64,000 bases of DNA from an uncultured Methanosarcinaceae archaeon (GCA_963833425.1 CAWHXP010000003.1:224001-288000); one strand, 5' to 3'. Positions 48,108 through 59,999 are shown, counted from the stretch's first letter. Program-made: numbers and translations. The notes: a model not told the origin generated them from the sequence alone.

Positions 48108-49577
48108 GTGGATGTACAAGAATGGGAACAGCGTCATAAAGAAGCTTTTTATAACGTCAAAGAAACCATTCCTTATCTGGACGGGATGTTTGTAGCTTAC
48201 AATAGCAATATAGACGCAATCAAACACCTTACTGAAGCAGATATTTCCAAGCTGATCGGACTTTTTAAAGAGGATGAAATTATTGAAAGGATTGAAACAT
48301 ATCCTAGGGAAATAAATGATCCACTAGATTTCATGGCACGATTGCTCATTTCAATGCGAGAAGGTAAAGCTGCTGAAATCCCTACTTATAACTCAGATAT
48401 CCACGAATGGCTTAAGGAGCATTTGGGTTTTGACTATGCTGGGATGGGCGGCCAAGCCGGGATCATTTCAAATCTTCTTTCATCCTTGGAGCTGAAAAAA
48501 GTTGTGGTATATATACCATGGCTTTCTCAAGAGCAAGCGGAATACTTTGTAGATACTAACAATCTCTTTCACCCGAAGATGGAAAATGGGAAAGTCTTTT
48601 TAAAGCACCCACGAGAAGCTTTCAAATCCAACATTGGATCAAAAGTGAACTGGATCCTTGAGTACTCAAAAAATCTTAAAGTAAGCTGTGATGGAAGAAA
48701 CTTCAATGTGCCTAGAGATAATCGCTTGATTATTTCTTCTCGCCCCAAATGGCTCCGCCTGGATGTGGACAAAGAAATTTATGAACAGATTGATTCCATT
48801 TTCCCGATTGATGGGGCAATACTTTCAGGTTATCAGATAATAAAAGAGGAGTATGACGATGGATCCACATACAAAGATCGTGTTGCAAGTTCTGTTCAGA
48901 TTATTGAAAAACTAAAATCCTTAAACCCTGAACTCCGTATCCATGTCGAACTCACATCTATCCAGGATAGGGTGATAAGAAAGGCTATCTTGACAGAAAT
49001 TGTTGCCAAACATGTTCATTCCCTGGGCCTTGATACTGTTGAGGTAGCAAATGCTTTGAATGTGCTTGGCCATGAAGAACTTTCTTATTCAGTTATCATG
49101 AAACAGGAATACGGGATAACATCTCTTTACCAGGGAGCTGTCCAACTTTTAAAGGACCTGTCGCTTGAAAGAGTACATGTACATTCTCTTGGTTTTTATA
49201 TCTGTATATTGGTGAAAGGTCACCCCCTTACGCTTAAAGAACACAGGGACTCTCTTCTATTTTCCTCAATCTTGGCAGCTGCTAAGGCTATCAAGGGAAA
49301 TATTGGGAATTTTATGGAGGCAGAGATTGGATTGGAGGTTCCTATTTCAAGTGACGGAATCGAAGATCTGGAAAACTTCAAACTTTATTGCGTTGGTCGA
49401 AAGCTATGTAGTCTGGAAGAGTCTGAGTATGGCTATCTCTATGGTCCAGATCATGATGCTATCATTATTCCCACAAAGGTCGTTAACAAGCCGAAGGCGA
49501 CGGTAGGTATAGGGGATTCAATTTCTGCAGGGGCTTTTGTTGCCATGCTTGCAAAAATAAAGCAAAACAAGTCATAA
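48108..49577 (+). CDS. pfkC: ADP-dependent phosphofructokinase
   Basis: AYNSNIDAI, MGGQAGI, PRDNRLI, TVGIGDSISAG. Confidence 0.9.
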   Translation: MDVQEWEQRHKEAFYNVKETIPYLDGMFVAYNSNIDAIKHLTEADISKLIGLFKEDEIIERIETYPREINDPLDFMARLLISMREGKAAEIPTYNSDIHEWLKEHLGFDYAGMGGQAGIISNLLSSLELKKVVVYIPWLSQEQAEYFVDTNNLFHPKMENGKVFLKHPREAFKSNIGSKVNWILEYSKNLKVSCDGRNFNVPRDNRLIISSRPKWLRLDVDKEIYEQIDSIFPIDGAILSGYQIIKEEYDDGSTYKDRVASSVQIIEKLKSLNPELRIHVELTSIQDRVIRKAILTEIVAKHVHSLGLDTVEVANALNVLGHEELSYSVIMKQEYGITSLYQGAVQLLKDLSLERVHVHSLGFYICILVKGHPLTLKEHRDSLLFSSILAAAKAIKGNIGNFMEAEIGLEVPISSDGIEDLENFKLYCVGRKLCSLEESEYGYLYGPDHDAIIIPTKVVNKPKATVGIGDSISAGAFVAMLAKIKQNKS

Positions 49578-49638
49578 TTCTTCAACCTGTTTAAGATGTA
49601 AGCTACTCATTTGTGGAAATTAATGTGGAACTGGTTAA

Positions 49639-51099
49639 ATGAAAATACTATGTGGATACAATGTCAACGTAGACTCGGTATATAGGATAAGTGGAACCGA
49701 AATTTCGGAACTACTGAAAAATCTCGAAATGATTGAGATCCTTGAAAAAATAGACAAACCTCCTGGGAAAATATTTTCAAAATCGGATTTTGTAGCCGGG
49801 CTTGTCTATTGTATGAAAAATGGATGCGGAGGTGAGTGGCTCATTTTTGAGCAGGCTGTTTTCGAATTTCTTAAAACCAGTTATTTTGAAAAATCTATTC
49901 TTAAAATGGGTGGAAACGCCGGAATAATGGCTAATACCCTCTCCCAGCTCGGAGCTGATAGGGTAATTCCAAATGTCGCTGTACCCTCCAGAATTCAACT
50001 TTCTTTGTTTTCAAAAAAATCAATTTATTTTCCCCCACCCCCCCTGCAGAGAAAGAATAGTTCGGGGGCTGAATCCGCAGGAGATATGGACATTGTTTCC
50101 AGCAATCAGGATGCTATTCATTTCGTGTTTGATTTTTCAGAAGGGGATACTTTTCCCCTATATGGAACGCAGATCAGAGTTCCAAGGGAAAATCGTTTTA
50201 TAGCAACTTACGACCATTTAAACTTTAGGCTCTTTGTAAATCCTGCATTTGAGAAATATGCCCTTGAACACGCTTGCGAGATTGATGGTGCGCTTATATC
50301 AGGTTTTCATCTCCTCCTTGAGACCGATACTGATGGCAGCAGTTACAAAAGGATTCTGGGAAATGCTCTATGTCATATCAGACGTTGGAAGGCCTTAAAT
50401 TATAACCTTCGGGTTTCCCTTGAGTTCGGACATTTTACAAGCAAAGAAATCGCAAGTTCAGTCTTCCTGGAGTTTGCATCTATTTGCGATAGTATTGGAA
50501 TGAACGAAGATGAACTTGCGATGCTCCGTCATTTTCACGGAGTCCCCGAGAAAGAACTTTTGCACATGGAAGCAGAAGCTGTGGCAAATGCAACATTTGG
50601 ACTGGCTTCGCAGTGCGGGCTTAAAAAACTTATAATTCATACAAGGGAATTTGTGCTGACCGCATTTAAGCAAAATTTTGAACCAAATTTGAAATCTATC
50701 CCAGAAAGATCTTTAGATTTTCAAATTTCAAGAAAATTGATGGATTTCGAAGGTTCAAGTCTACAAAAAATTGCTAGACAAAAAATTGAAACCTTGATGT
50801 TCGGAGTGAGCTGTGCGGGAGCATATGCAAACTCAGGAAGGCTCGAAGGGAGGGAATTTGTGTACGAGGAAGCTTCAAAACTTCGAGAAAGCGATATTGG
50901 ACGGGAGCAACTTGATATTTTCCTTAAAGCGTTCAAAGGACAGGCTTTTGACAAGGGAGCTTATGCATTTAAGGGAGAGTATATTCTCTGCATGCTTCCT
51001 ACACTGCTTTCTAAATTTCCGATAACTACTGTAGGACTTGGGGATACATTCATGGCGGGTATCTTTCTAAGGGAGCTGGAGTTGGATGTACAGGCTTAA
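49639..51099 (+). CDS. ADP-dependent glucokinase/phosphofructokinase family protein
   Basis: GYNVNVD, MGGNAGIMAN, PRENRFI, GMNEDEL, TVGLGD. Confidence 0.88.
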   Translation: MKILCGYNVNVDSVYRISGTEISELLKNLEMIEILEKIDKPPGKIFSKSDFVAGLVYCMKNGCGGEWLIFEQAVFEFLKTSYFEKSILKMGGNAGIMANTLSQLGADRVIPNVAVPSRIQLSLFSKKSIYFPPPPLQRKNSSGAESAGDMDIVSSNQDAIHFVFDFSEGDTFPLYGTQIRVPRENRFIATYDHLNFRLFVNPAFEKYALEHACEIDGALISGFHLLLETDTDGSSYKRILGNALCHIRRWKALNYNLRVSLEFGHFTSKEIASSVFLEFASICDSIGMNEDELAMLRHFHGVPEKELLHMEAEAVANATFGLASQCGLKKLIIHTREFVLTAFKQNFEPNLKSIPERSLDFQISRKLMDFEGSSLQKIARQKIETLMFGVSCAGAYANSGRLEGREFVYEEASKLRESDIGREQLDIFLKAFKGQAFDKGAYAFKGEYILCMLPTLLSKFPITTVGLGDTFMAGIFLRELELDVQA

Positions 51100-51931
51100 G
51101 CCTAAAATTTTTGACCTTAACTATACTCTTGACTGCGGACAGGTTTTTCGCTGGGAAGGAGATGGAGATTGGTGGATAGGAGTTTTAGGAGACCATGTTG
51201 TTAGGATTTCTCAGGGAGATGGAAAACTGATTGTCGATTCTAAACTTCCCCCTAATTTTTTTACAAATTATTTCCGTCTAGACGACGACTTACTTTCAAT
51301 TTACAAAAGCATAGACAAGGACCTTCTGATAAACAAGGCAATCATGAAATACAGAGGGTTGAGATTGATCAGGCAAGATCCCTGGGAATGTTTGATTTCT
51401 TATATGCTCGCTACAGCTTCAAACATTCCTATGATCCAGAAAAGGATCAATCTACTTAGCTACTTCTTCGGGCAGGAAATCGAAGAAGGATACTTCAGTT
51501 TTCCAGATCCACAAACCCTTGCAAATGCTGACCTTTCTATGCTTGGGAAATGTAAACTGGGTTTCAGAACAGAGTGCATTAAAGATGCAGCTCAAAAAGT
51601 GTGTTCAGGAGAGCTGGATCTAGATGCTGTTTCCAGTTTAGAATATAGATATAGTAGAGATCACCTTATGAGGCTCAGAGGTATAGGGGAAAAAGTAGCT
51701 GATTGTGTTCTTCTGTTTGGTTTCGAGGAAATGGAAAGCTTTCCGGTAGATACTCACATCAGGCAGATCATCCAGCAAAATCACATATACAACAAATTCT
51801 TTAAAAATTGCTCTAACTTGAGCAAAATGGGGGATTGGGGTCGTGAATACTTTGGACCATATTGTGGATATGCACAGCAGTATCTCTTTTATCAGAAAAG
51901 ACAATCTATAAAAAAATCTGTTTATTTTTAA
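51086..51931 (+). CDS. ogg: 8-oxoguanine DNA glycosylase (HhH-GPD, OGG1-like)
   Basis: TLDCGQVFRW, RQDPWECL, GIGEKVADC, FPVDTH, GYAQQYLF. Confidence 0.9.
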   Translation: MYRLKPKIFDLNYTLDCGQVFRWEGDGDWWIGVLGDHVVRISQGDGKLIVDSKLPPNFFTNYFRLDDDLLSIYKSIDKDLLINKAIMKYRGLRLIRQDPWECLISYMLATASNIPMIQKRINLLSYFFGQEIEEGYFSFPDPQTLANADLSMLGKCKLGFRTECIKDAAQKVCSGELDLDAVSSLEYRYSRDHLMRLRGIGEKVADCVLLFGFEEMESFPVDTHIRQIIQQNHIYNKFFKNCSNLSKMGDWGREYFGPYCGYAQQYLFYQKRQSIKKSVYF

Positions 51932-52558
51932 GGTTTGTATATTGTCATATGGATGAATTTATTCCTGTTGGATTTATTAAGTTATGATAAATAATTTGAT
52001 TTTATTTGAATCGGATACATAATACTTTTGTATCTATATCTCTCGATATTTTTGACTGTTTTTATTTAATATTTATACCGAAGACTAATCACATTTCATT
52101 AAATATTGGGATATTTACTTTTAACGAGTTAGATCTATAAAACTTGTTGTATAGCTCAGATCAAAAATATTCCAATTTTTATTCGATCAAAACCAACTTT
52201 TAAATTTTTTAGGATAAAAATGAGGATTTTCGGATTTAAAAGGGTCCAATTACTTGCTTTAGTGTTTGGATTCACGGCTGACATGCATATTTAATATATT
52301 TAGAGATAGTGGGCTTGATATTGGGCAATTTGAAAAAGAGTTGATGAGAGGGCCAAAGTGATAAAATATTTCCATAACACTCGTTGTTTTGTTTTCTACA
52401 CCGGAAATGTTCTATTTACCTTTATATCCAGATTAAGAGTTCCACCATTGCAAGCTCAAAACATGGATTTTTTGGCTCTTATGCTTGATCTTTTTGGATC
52501 GACATATGACTTTATGACAAGCTCATATTTAATATTTTTTTGTTAATTTTATCCTATT

Positions 52559-53479
52559 TTATGATATAATACTTAAAAATTGTGGCTCTGTAGAAATCCT
52601 CAATTTGATGCCAATTACCTCTACAACTTTTTTATTTATGTTGTATATTATTAATTTAATTTTAATCTCTTTCACTTGATAACGGAATTTCCTTGCCCTT
52701 AGTGTTTCTCCTAATTTTCTTTTAACTACAGAAAATATTGTTTCCACGATATTTCTTTGATTATATTTAATTCTGTCAAAGACCAGATTCAACTGTTTTC
52801 TATATTTACCTCTTATTTTCTTTCTTTTTCTCTCTCTTACAGGTATAATTGAATTTGCTTTGATTTCTTCTCTAATTATAGGATGTATTTTTTCTGAATC
52901 AGATCCTTTATCCATTACATAACAATCAGACTTTCTCATCTTATTTGATTGCCTTATCAGAGCATTTGTATGTTTGATTTCATGGTCTGTTTTTTGACTA
53001 ATTTTCCATCCCAATATTATCTTTTTACTCGTGTCCACTGACATTGAAGTTTTCAGGAAGCTTCGAAGAAGCTTCCCTGTTTTTCTGGAATAATAACAAC
53101 TTGCATATGAACTCGTAAATCCTGTTGCGTCAATCGCTGCAACAGAGACATTTTCTCCATATGAGTAAAACAGCTTTAGAATCCTTGACAGAAGAAGGTT
53201 AAACAGAGAGGAGGGAATCCTAGTTACAAACTTTTGAAGGGTAGTGAAATGTGGAATCTTATCAAGAGCAAGTTTTTCTTTTATATCAATCAAAAGGTCA
53301 ATAAGTTCTACAAAATCTCGATAGTCTGTACTAATATACTCTTTCAATAAAACCAGTGAAAGAAGCTGATGCTGAGTATAAACGTGTTTTGAATACTTGC
53401 AGGAATAAAGCTTCAGTCTCGAAGACTGAATAGTTTCAAGACTAGTATCAACAAATTTAATGTACTTATTAAACTTCAA
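52559..53479 (-). CDS. DDE transposase, uninterrupted ORF; stop codon lies outside the TIR
   Basis: PHFTTL, IDATG, DKG.D, Y..R..VET.FS. Confidence 0.88.
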   Translation of the reverse strand: MKFNKYIKFVDTSLETIQSSRLKLYSCKYSKHVYTQHQLLSLVLLKEYISTDYRDFVELIDLLIDIKEKLALDKIPHFTTLQKFVTRIPSSLFNLLLSRILKLFYSYGENVSVAAIDATGFTSSYASCYYSRKTGKLLRSFLKTSMSVDTSKKIILGWKISQKTDHEIKHTNALIRQSNKMRKSDCYVMDKGSDSEKIHPIIREEIKANSIIPVRERKRKKIRGKYRKQLNLVFDRIKYNQRNIVETIFSVVKRKLGETLRARKFRYQVKEIKIKLIIYNINKKVVEVIGIKLRISTEPQFLSIIS

Positions 53480-53586
53480 TATTGAATGTTCCTACATTTT
53501 TAGCGGAAAAAATAAGAAGAATATTATAACTGAATAGTTATAATACTATGGTGTAAAAGTTCAATTTAGAGCATTTCTACAGAGCC
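52584..53586 (-). mobile_element. Complete IS5-like DDE element with 8-bp target duplication
   Basis: TIRs GGCTCTGTAGAAAT / ATTTCTACAGAGCC; AAAATTGT at 52576-52583 and 53587-53594. Confidence 0.95.
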
Positions 53587-53975
53587 AAAATTGTATCATT
53601 CATATCATTTTAAGTCAAGAATTATTTCAATTTATTATTAGTTTTTGAGTTGTTATTCGCTATATATTATAACATATTAACAAAATATAATTTTATAGTT
53701 GAATATATACCTACTGCAGTCCGCAAATAAGTCAGCAATTGCATTTATAAAATTCATTTGCGTTAATTAAGGAATCTGGATTATCAGATTGTGTCAATAG
53801 TGTTGACCAATGATTTACTATTTGAAGTAAATTAAGAAATAAAAATGTCTTAAATAATAGTATAAAGTTAAAATAAGTTTGGAGTGTATACAAATATAGG
53901 AAAACAAAATTTTGGCAGAATGGAAACAAAATTTGGCATTCTTATGTTTTATATATTTGAAAGAAGTTGAGTACC

Positions 53976-54015
53976 TGACACAAGAGATATATCATTGACA
54001 CAAGAGATATATCAT
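53976..54015. repeat. Perfect 20-bp tandem duplication upstream of uppS
   Basis: TGACACAAGAGATATATCAT x2. Confidence 0.95.
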
Positions 54016-54052
54016 TAAAAGATACAAATTATACCGTTCTCTCAGCCTATAT

Positions 54053-55024
54053 TTGGAGGGAGGCACATTGACAAAGTTGAAAATTAATTTATACCATAGA
54101 GGAGCTTTGGGTGCGGGATTTCGCTTCTTGAAAAACCGCATATTCAATGCATCCTATACACGATACGAGAGTCGGCTCGAAAAAAATATCCAAAATTTTG
54201 AAATCCCTCACCACATAGCCGTTATTATGGATGGAAATCGTAGATATGCAGGAAATATAGGGAAAAGTCGAAGCTTTGGGCACTCAATGGGGGCAAAAGT
54301 TAGTGAAAAGGTAATTGATTGGTGCTATGATATAAAGGTAAAACAGCTCACTCTTTATGCTCTCTCTACGGAAAATTTTCAGCGTCCCGAAGATGAGGTG
54401 GACGGCTTATTTAATCTTATCAATGAAAAATTTTTGAAACTTTATGCCGATCCAAAAACGTATGAGAAAAAAATTCGGGTCCGTATCATAGGTGATAGGT
54501 CAAAATTGCCTGATTTTCTGAATAATTCAATTGAAAAGCTAGAAAAAGCTACGGAACATTGCAATAAATTTCATCTGAACGTGGCAATTGCTTACGGAGG
54601 CCGGCAAGATATTATTCAGGCTGTTCGAGATATTGCAAGTAGTGTTTCCAGTGGGAACCTTTCGTTAGAAGAAGTGAATGAAAATCTCATTTCAAAACAC
54701 CTCTACCCTTCTCCGGGATTCTCAGTTCCGAATGTTGACCTGATAATCCGTACAGGCGGCGATGAAAGAGTTTCTAATTTTCTTTCTTGGCAGGCTAACG
54801 GAAGCGAGTGTGCAGCATATTTTTGCGTTCCGTTCTGGCCCGAATTCAGGAAAATCGACCTTCTTAGATCTGTTAGGGTTTACCAGGCTCGAAAAGCTGA
54901 AAAAGAACAGGAGCACTCGTGTAGAGTCTTAAAAATCATAAATTTCCTGAATATAAGAAAATATGGAGAAAAATGCGAAGACCTCAGAAAGCTTGAGCCA
55001 GCAAAAAAACAGGGAATCTCCTGA
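54053..55024 (+). CDS. uppS: cis-prenyltransferase (undecaprenyl diphosphate synthase family); exact start uncertain
   Basis: [32 protein letters not shown]. Confidence 0.93.
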   Translation: MEGGTLTKLKINLYHRGALGAGFRFLKNRIFNASYTRYESRLEKNIQNFEIPHHIAVIMDGNRRYAGNIGKSRSFGHSMGAKVSEKVIDWCYDIKVKQLTLYALSTENFQRPEDEVDGLFNLINEKFLKLYADPKTYEKKIRVRIIGDRSKLPDFLNNSIEKLEKATEHCNKFHLNVAIAYGGRQDIIQAVRDIASSVSSGNLSLEEVNENLISKHLYPSPGFSVPNVDLIIRTGGDERVSNFLSWQANGSECAAYFCVPFWPEFRKIDLLRSVRVYQARKAEKEQEHSCRVLKIINFLNIRKYGEKCEDLRKLEPAKKQGIS

Positions 55025-55575
55025 AACATACTTATTGCTTATAATTGCAATTAGGCGTAATATCACGAATTTGCTGTGAATTCTGGATCTACTTTTTGTG
55101 CACCATGTGTAATTGGTTTCTTAGGATGTGGAATTTATCCACTCAATAACTTATTGGGATTTGTGATTTTGCAGAAAATTATACATGTTATCCAATTAAG
55201 TGAATACAATGCAAAGAATATACATTTTGGAAAAAATTTGTTATAAATTTCGGTCTTTTCTGTGAGTTAAAGAAAACCTTGAGTTCAGGACTTTCTCCAT
55301 ATTAATATAAACTTTCGAAGTACTAATTTTTACTGTGAGGACTGTAAACAGAAACGAAAATTAAATCTTGAACAGAAAACGTTGAGTTTCATGGAAAATA
55401 TGTATGAAATGTTTTCTCTATTTATGCTTAACTGCAGATGTGGGTTTTATTTCATTTTTTAGAACTTCCGGTTACATTTATCAATATCTTCTGGTATTTT
55501 AAGGTTTGATTCTTAGATCTATTTGTTTGGTTTAGGAAACTAAAGCTAATTATCAGCATTCAAAGGCATCAAAAT

Positions 55576-56370
55576 ATGAATTCAGGGAAAAATTCTATTC
55601 AGATGTTCGGGATCCAGACCCCCATTATCAGGAAAGGAGACGATATCGTGCGAATTTTGGAAATTGCGCTTGAAGAGGCATGCGTTGTTCCAGTTGAAGG
55701 GGATATTTTCGTACTGGCTGAATCTGCAGTTGGCACGGCGGAAAAGAGAGTTATTGAGCTCGCAAGCCTTATTCCAGGAGAAAAGGCACAACTACTTGGG
55801 AAAAAATATGGAATAGATCCCAGAGAAATGGAACTCGTGATTAAGGAATGTGATGAAATTTTTGGCGGTGTACCTGGAGCTGTGCTTACAATAACGAAAG
55901 GTGTTCTGGCCCCAAATGCAGGAATTGATGCATCCAATGCCCCTGAAGGTCATGTCGTCTTGCTCCCAGAAGATCCACGAAAAAGTTCGGAATATATTAG
56001 AAAACGGCTTGAACAGCGTTATTCTTGTAGGCTTGGAGTGATTATAGGGGACAGTAGGACTCAACCCCTCAGACTTGGGTGCACAGGAATTGCGCTTGGA
56101 GCCTCAGGATTTTTACCTGTAGAAGATGCACGGGGAACCTATGATATCTATGGGAAACCTCTCATTATTACACATAAAGCAGTCGCAGATAACCTTGTTT
56201 CTGCTGCTGAACTTCTGATGGGCGAGGCTGGAGAAAGGATACCCTGTGTACTTATCAGGGGATCTCAAGTCAACATGATAGACGAATCTCCAGAAATACC
56301 AAAGATTTCAATGGAAGGCTGTATGTACTTTGGCAACTTTATTAAAGGACTGAAAGAAAGCAAGGTTTAA
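55576..56370 (+). CDS. cofE: Coenzyme F420-0:L-glutamate ligase
   Basis: PII..GDD, NAGIDASN, LP.DP..S, VIIGDS, GEAGER.P. Confidence 0.88.
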   Translation: MNSGKNSIQMFGIQTPIIRKGDDIVRILEIALEEACVVPVEGDIFVLAESAVGTAEKRVIELASLIPGEKAQLLGKKYGIDPREMELVIKECDEIFGGVPGAVLTITKGVLAPNAGIDASNAPEGHVVLLPEDPRKSSEYIRKRLEQRYSCRLGVIIGDSRTQPLRLGCTGIALGASGFLPVEDARGTYDIYGKPLIITHKAVADNLVSAAELLMGEAGERIPCVLIRGSQVNMIDESPEIPKISMEGCMYFGNFIKGLKESKV

Positions 56371-56758
56371 AAGTCAAAAAATATTTTGGTGTTTAATCTT
56401 CAGAGGTATTCTCAAAAGAAACTTCTGTGATGTCTGCTTCTAATATAATAGTAGCAAAAGAATTTCATAAACGCATATTTCCAATTAAATTTTCGTTTAT
56501 TAAGTCAAAATCTTGATGATGCTTTCTTCAGTTTCCTTAATAATGCGTTTATAACGACCACCACAAAAAAGGATAATAAACTTATTATGTGCTTTAAATG
56601 CTTTTTTACTTATTTTTTCATTTTTTTCAACAAAATATAGAAAAAACTATCGCATTCATAAAACTGTTTTGCCATCATCACATTATTTATTTTCGCTGCC
56701 ATTGCTTCATTTAAACCCTCTTTCCAAATATTCTTTTTTATTGTTAATTTCATTTTTG

Positions 56759-57480
56759 TCATGTTCTTTTTTTGTTTTTATTCTCATTACCTAATTCCAG
56801 TTTATTTTTTAATTCCTGTATGAGTGTCAATCTTTTTTGATTATAAAATAAATAAAAAGCCGTAAAAATGATTAAAATACTAATTGAAAAAATATTAAAG
56901 AACGATTCGAATTTGTTAAATGTATAATATATTCCAAAAAGCATAAAATTAAAAATAGACATAAAAAGAAACAACGTGATTTTTTTTCCCGATTGAAACC
57001 TTGTTCTTCTATCAATATAATAACTTTATTTGCAGAGGTTAAGTTAGTTGTAACCAATGAATGTAGGGTTTCTTCATATTCTTTATTTCCAAAATCATAT
57101 ATTTCCTTAGGCAACATAAAGGGTAAAGAATGAATGGGAAATATTTCATTTATAGTTAAAATAAATGAAATTACCAAAAATAAACCACTAAGAATTATAG
57201 GCAATTTAAGTGAGAAATTTATACTTTGTTGACGGCTAAAAACAAAAATAAGTATCGAAACATAAACACCTGTTAAAATTATCAAAGAATTAAACATTTT
57301 CCATATTTGATCTTTATTATCTCCAAGAGCTTTGATATAGTCATTTTTTAGTTCATTTGAAACGAATAAACTAACTTAATATTTTCATAATAATTTTTGT
57401 CTTCAGCTATATCATCAATACCTTCAATTTTATCCACAGAGATCTTCTTTCCCGAAGCCTCGATTGTTTTCTGATTAAGC
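56759..57480 (-). pseudogene. Very AT-rich multi-TM membrane protein gene with frameshifts
   Basis: ORFs 56872-57297 and 56759-56974 plus an upstream segment join across frameshifts. Confidence 0.55.
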
Positions 57481-57669
57481 AAAATTTGAAATATTAACAA
57501 TTATCTTATACCCTAATCACTAAAAATAATTATGGGATAGAAGGCCATAATTACTTAGTATAGTTTTCGGATTTATATGGTTATATTGCAAAAACACTAC
57601 AATAACCATATAAAGCATTTGAAGAACTCATAACTGGAAAAACAATAGCAATTAGAGTAGCTAGAACAA

Positions 57670-58070
57670 CTATTTTTGACTAAGGAAAACATTATCAGGA
57701 AACAACTTAACTGCTTTAGCCAATACTTCTTTTTTTGTTTTTCTGACGTTTTGACCTTCTGACACTAGATATAATTCATCAATCTCATATTGTAAGAAGT
57801 GGACTATCTCTTTGGCAGTCAGAAATTTAATCCCATATATTTCTGGCACGTTGTGTTTTAAATGTTCTACTAGTAAGTGAGCTCTTATTTCAGTTTTGGT
57901 TGTCAATATTGACTCTGATTCTGGAATGGGTTCTCTTTGGATAGATTTTGTGACATTATAAATTCTCTCGGCTAGGAGAGAAAGCTGTTCTGGAATTGTT
58001 AATCCACGTTTTTCATTTTTAAAATTTGGATAGTCATCAAATCCAAGTAACGTTTTGACAGTTGCAAATC
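57670..58070 (-). pseudogene. Fragment of a protein resembling those of Methanosarcina integrated plasmid/virus-like elements
   Basis: Open frame FATVKTLLGFDD...TKTEIRAHLLVEHLK...RKTKKEVLAKAVKLFP with no convincing start; family recognised from memory only. Confidence 0.45.
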
Positions 58071-58269
58071 ATTTCAAAATCTTTAACACAAAAAGTAGCA
58101 AGAACATTCTCGACATACATTCTTAAAATAGATTTAACATCTTGATTTTAGTTATATTTCTTTAATTTATTTTTAAATTCATAAGTTTTAATAAATATTT
58201 ACTGTACTTTATGATATTAGTTCAGTTTAAGAATTTATTCATTTGACAGTGTTTGTAATACATATTCCT

Positions 58270-58602
58270 ACAGAATAACATATGCCAATGTTGATGTAGG
58301 TTCTGTGACTAATTTAACGTATGCAACGGGTTTATTCAATAACCAACCAGTAATTTCACCCCTTGCTATTGCGATAGTTCGCTATGAACAGCCAACCAAG
58401 AAGGAAGAGCACAATGGTGACAGAGATAACTATGGCGGACCTTACTATGGCGGTGCTGTAGTTCCTATGTCTATGTATAGCAGTCCTATGTATGGCAGTG
58501 AACCTTCTACACCAACACTACCATCGAAACCTAATATCTGCAAGAGTAAAGTTTCTTCGCCTAAGTGCCACAAGGACAAATGTGCTATGAATAAACATAA
58601 AC
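58270..58602 (+). pseudogene. C-terminal fragment of a secreted/surface protein with a DUF7507-like repeat
   Basis: RITYANVDVGSVTNLTYATG resembles the YTITQADIDAGSVTNTATATG repeat; low-complexity Y/P/S then K/H tail, cut by a MITE. Confidence 0.55.
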
Positions 58603-58752
58603 GGTTCCGTTGCAAAAAATCTGGCTTCCTTGCAAAATCAGAAAAAACCTTCACAATTCGGAAAATTAAACATTTTCATTCGAACGAAAATTACACATAA
58701 AGATGAAAATTTTAGTGTCAAATTGCAGAAATATTATTTTTGCAACGGAACC
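58603..58752. mobile_element. 150-bp IS6-related MITE
   Basis: GGTTCCGTTGCAAAAA ... TTTTTGCAACGGAACC ends, same TIR as the IS6 at 47067, no transposase. Confidence 0.88.
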
Positions 58753-58788
58753 CTTTTTTCTTTATCACAAAAAACATGGTTTATTGTT

Positions 58789-59005
58789 AGTTCCGTTGCA
58801 AAAAATTCAAAAAAATATGTAAATTTATAAGTAATGAATAAAAATCAAAATATCCAAGGAAAATTGATCAATATTATGAACTTGTTTCAAATAGTTGATT
58901 TATATTTGACTTCACCTAGGACAGAGTAATTTAAATTTTTGATTTTTTAACCATATTCATAGATTAATTTTTTTAAAGTTTTACTTGCAGAGCAAAAGCC
59001 TATAT
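58789..59005 (-). mobile_element. IS6 3'-end remnant
   Basis: GTTCCGTTGCAAAAA followed by sequence homologous to 47067-47300. Confidence 0.8.
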
Positions 59006-59529
59006 GGAATTGTCTATTAAATTAATCATTTCAGTAAATTTGGAATTGAAATTATCTCAATCAATTTTTTTACTTTAAAGGTTTTACATTGATTTTAATA
59101 AAAAGTATGTATATTCTGAGTGATAAGGTCAAAATTGTTTATAATTTAAGCTGAAAATTGTGAAAACACACCGATTTTATCACAAAAACTGTGCATAAGT
59201 TAAAACAAGAAAAAAGAAACTTTGTCAGCATAACCATTGACTCTTTCTTCGATTATATTTTACAGAATTTTTGGTGCGCTGTTAAATCAAGTACATAATA
59301 ATCTCTTTTAATTTTCCCAATATGGAAGATATATTCTTTTTCAGTTTCGCTCAATGATTCAAGGACACTACTCAATTATTTAATTTTATTTAGAATTTTT
59401 TTAAACTTTTTGATCCCCCACGATATTTTAAAGTCATCGTCTTTCCTTGCTTTTTCTTTATGCGATGAGTCAAGTTCGATGTCTTTTTTCAGATTGAGGA
59501 TTAATAGATTCTTGTGTTGATAAGAGAAT

Positions 59530-59710
59530 TAATTCATGCACGATCATACCAAGCATCTGATTTTTGTGGGTCAATTTCAATTGCTTTGTCAGATGCTTCT
59601 AGCGCTTCATAGTACTGTTCTGAGCTCGCGAAGTCGGCTGCTTTATAGAGCCAAACATCTTCATTTTCCGGGTTAATTTTAACTGATTTTTCACAGCCTT
59701 TTATTGCCCA
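59530..59710 (-). pseudogene. TPR-repeat gene fragment
   Basis: KSVKINPENEDVWLYKA..YYEALEASDKAIEIDPQKSDAWYDR. Confidence 0.7.
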
Positions 59711-59999
59711 ATATGATTATTTGATCAAGAGTTTGATTACTTTCTAGCATTCATATCTATTTATCTACTGATTATGCAATTAATGACAATTTTTAACAAC
59801 CACAGTTAATACGATTTCAAGTTCTCAGCTAGAAATTTCCAGGCTTGCAAAGCGGTATGATCTCTACTAAGTCTCCATTCAGGGAAAAACATTCAAAAAT
59901 ATCTACTTCTAGCATAAACTAAAAAAAGCAAGGGATATAGAACTCTCCTGAAAAATGTATTTCAAAGCATGATAATCACGCTTCACAGTCTGGTGTGAC

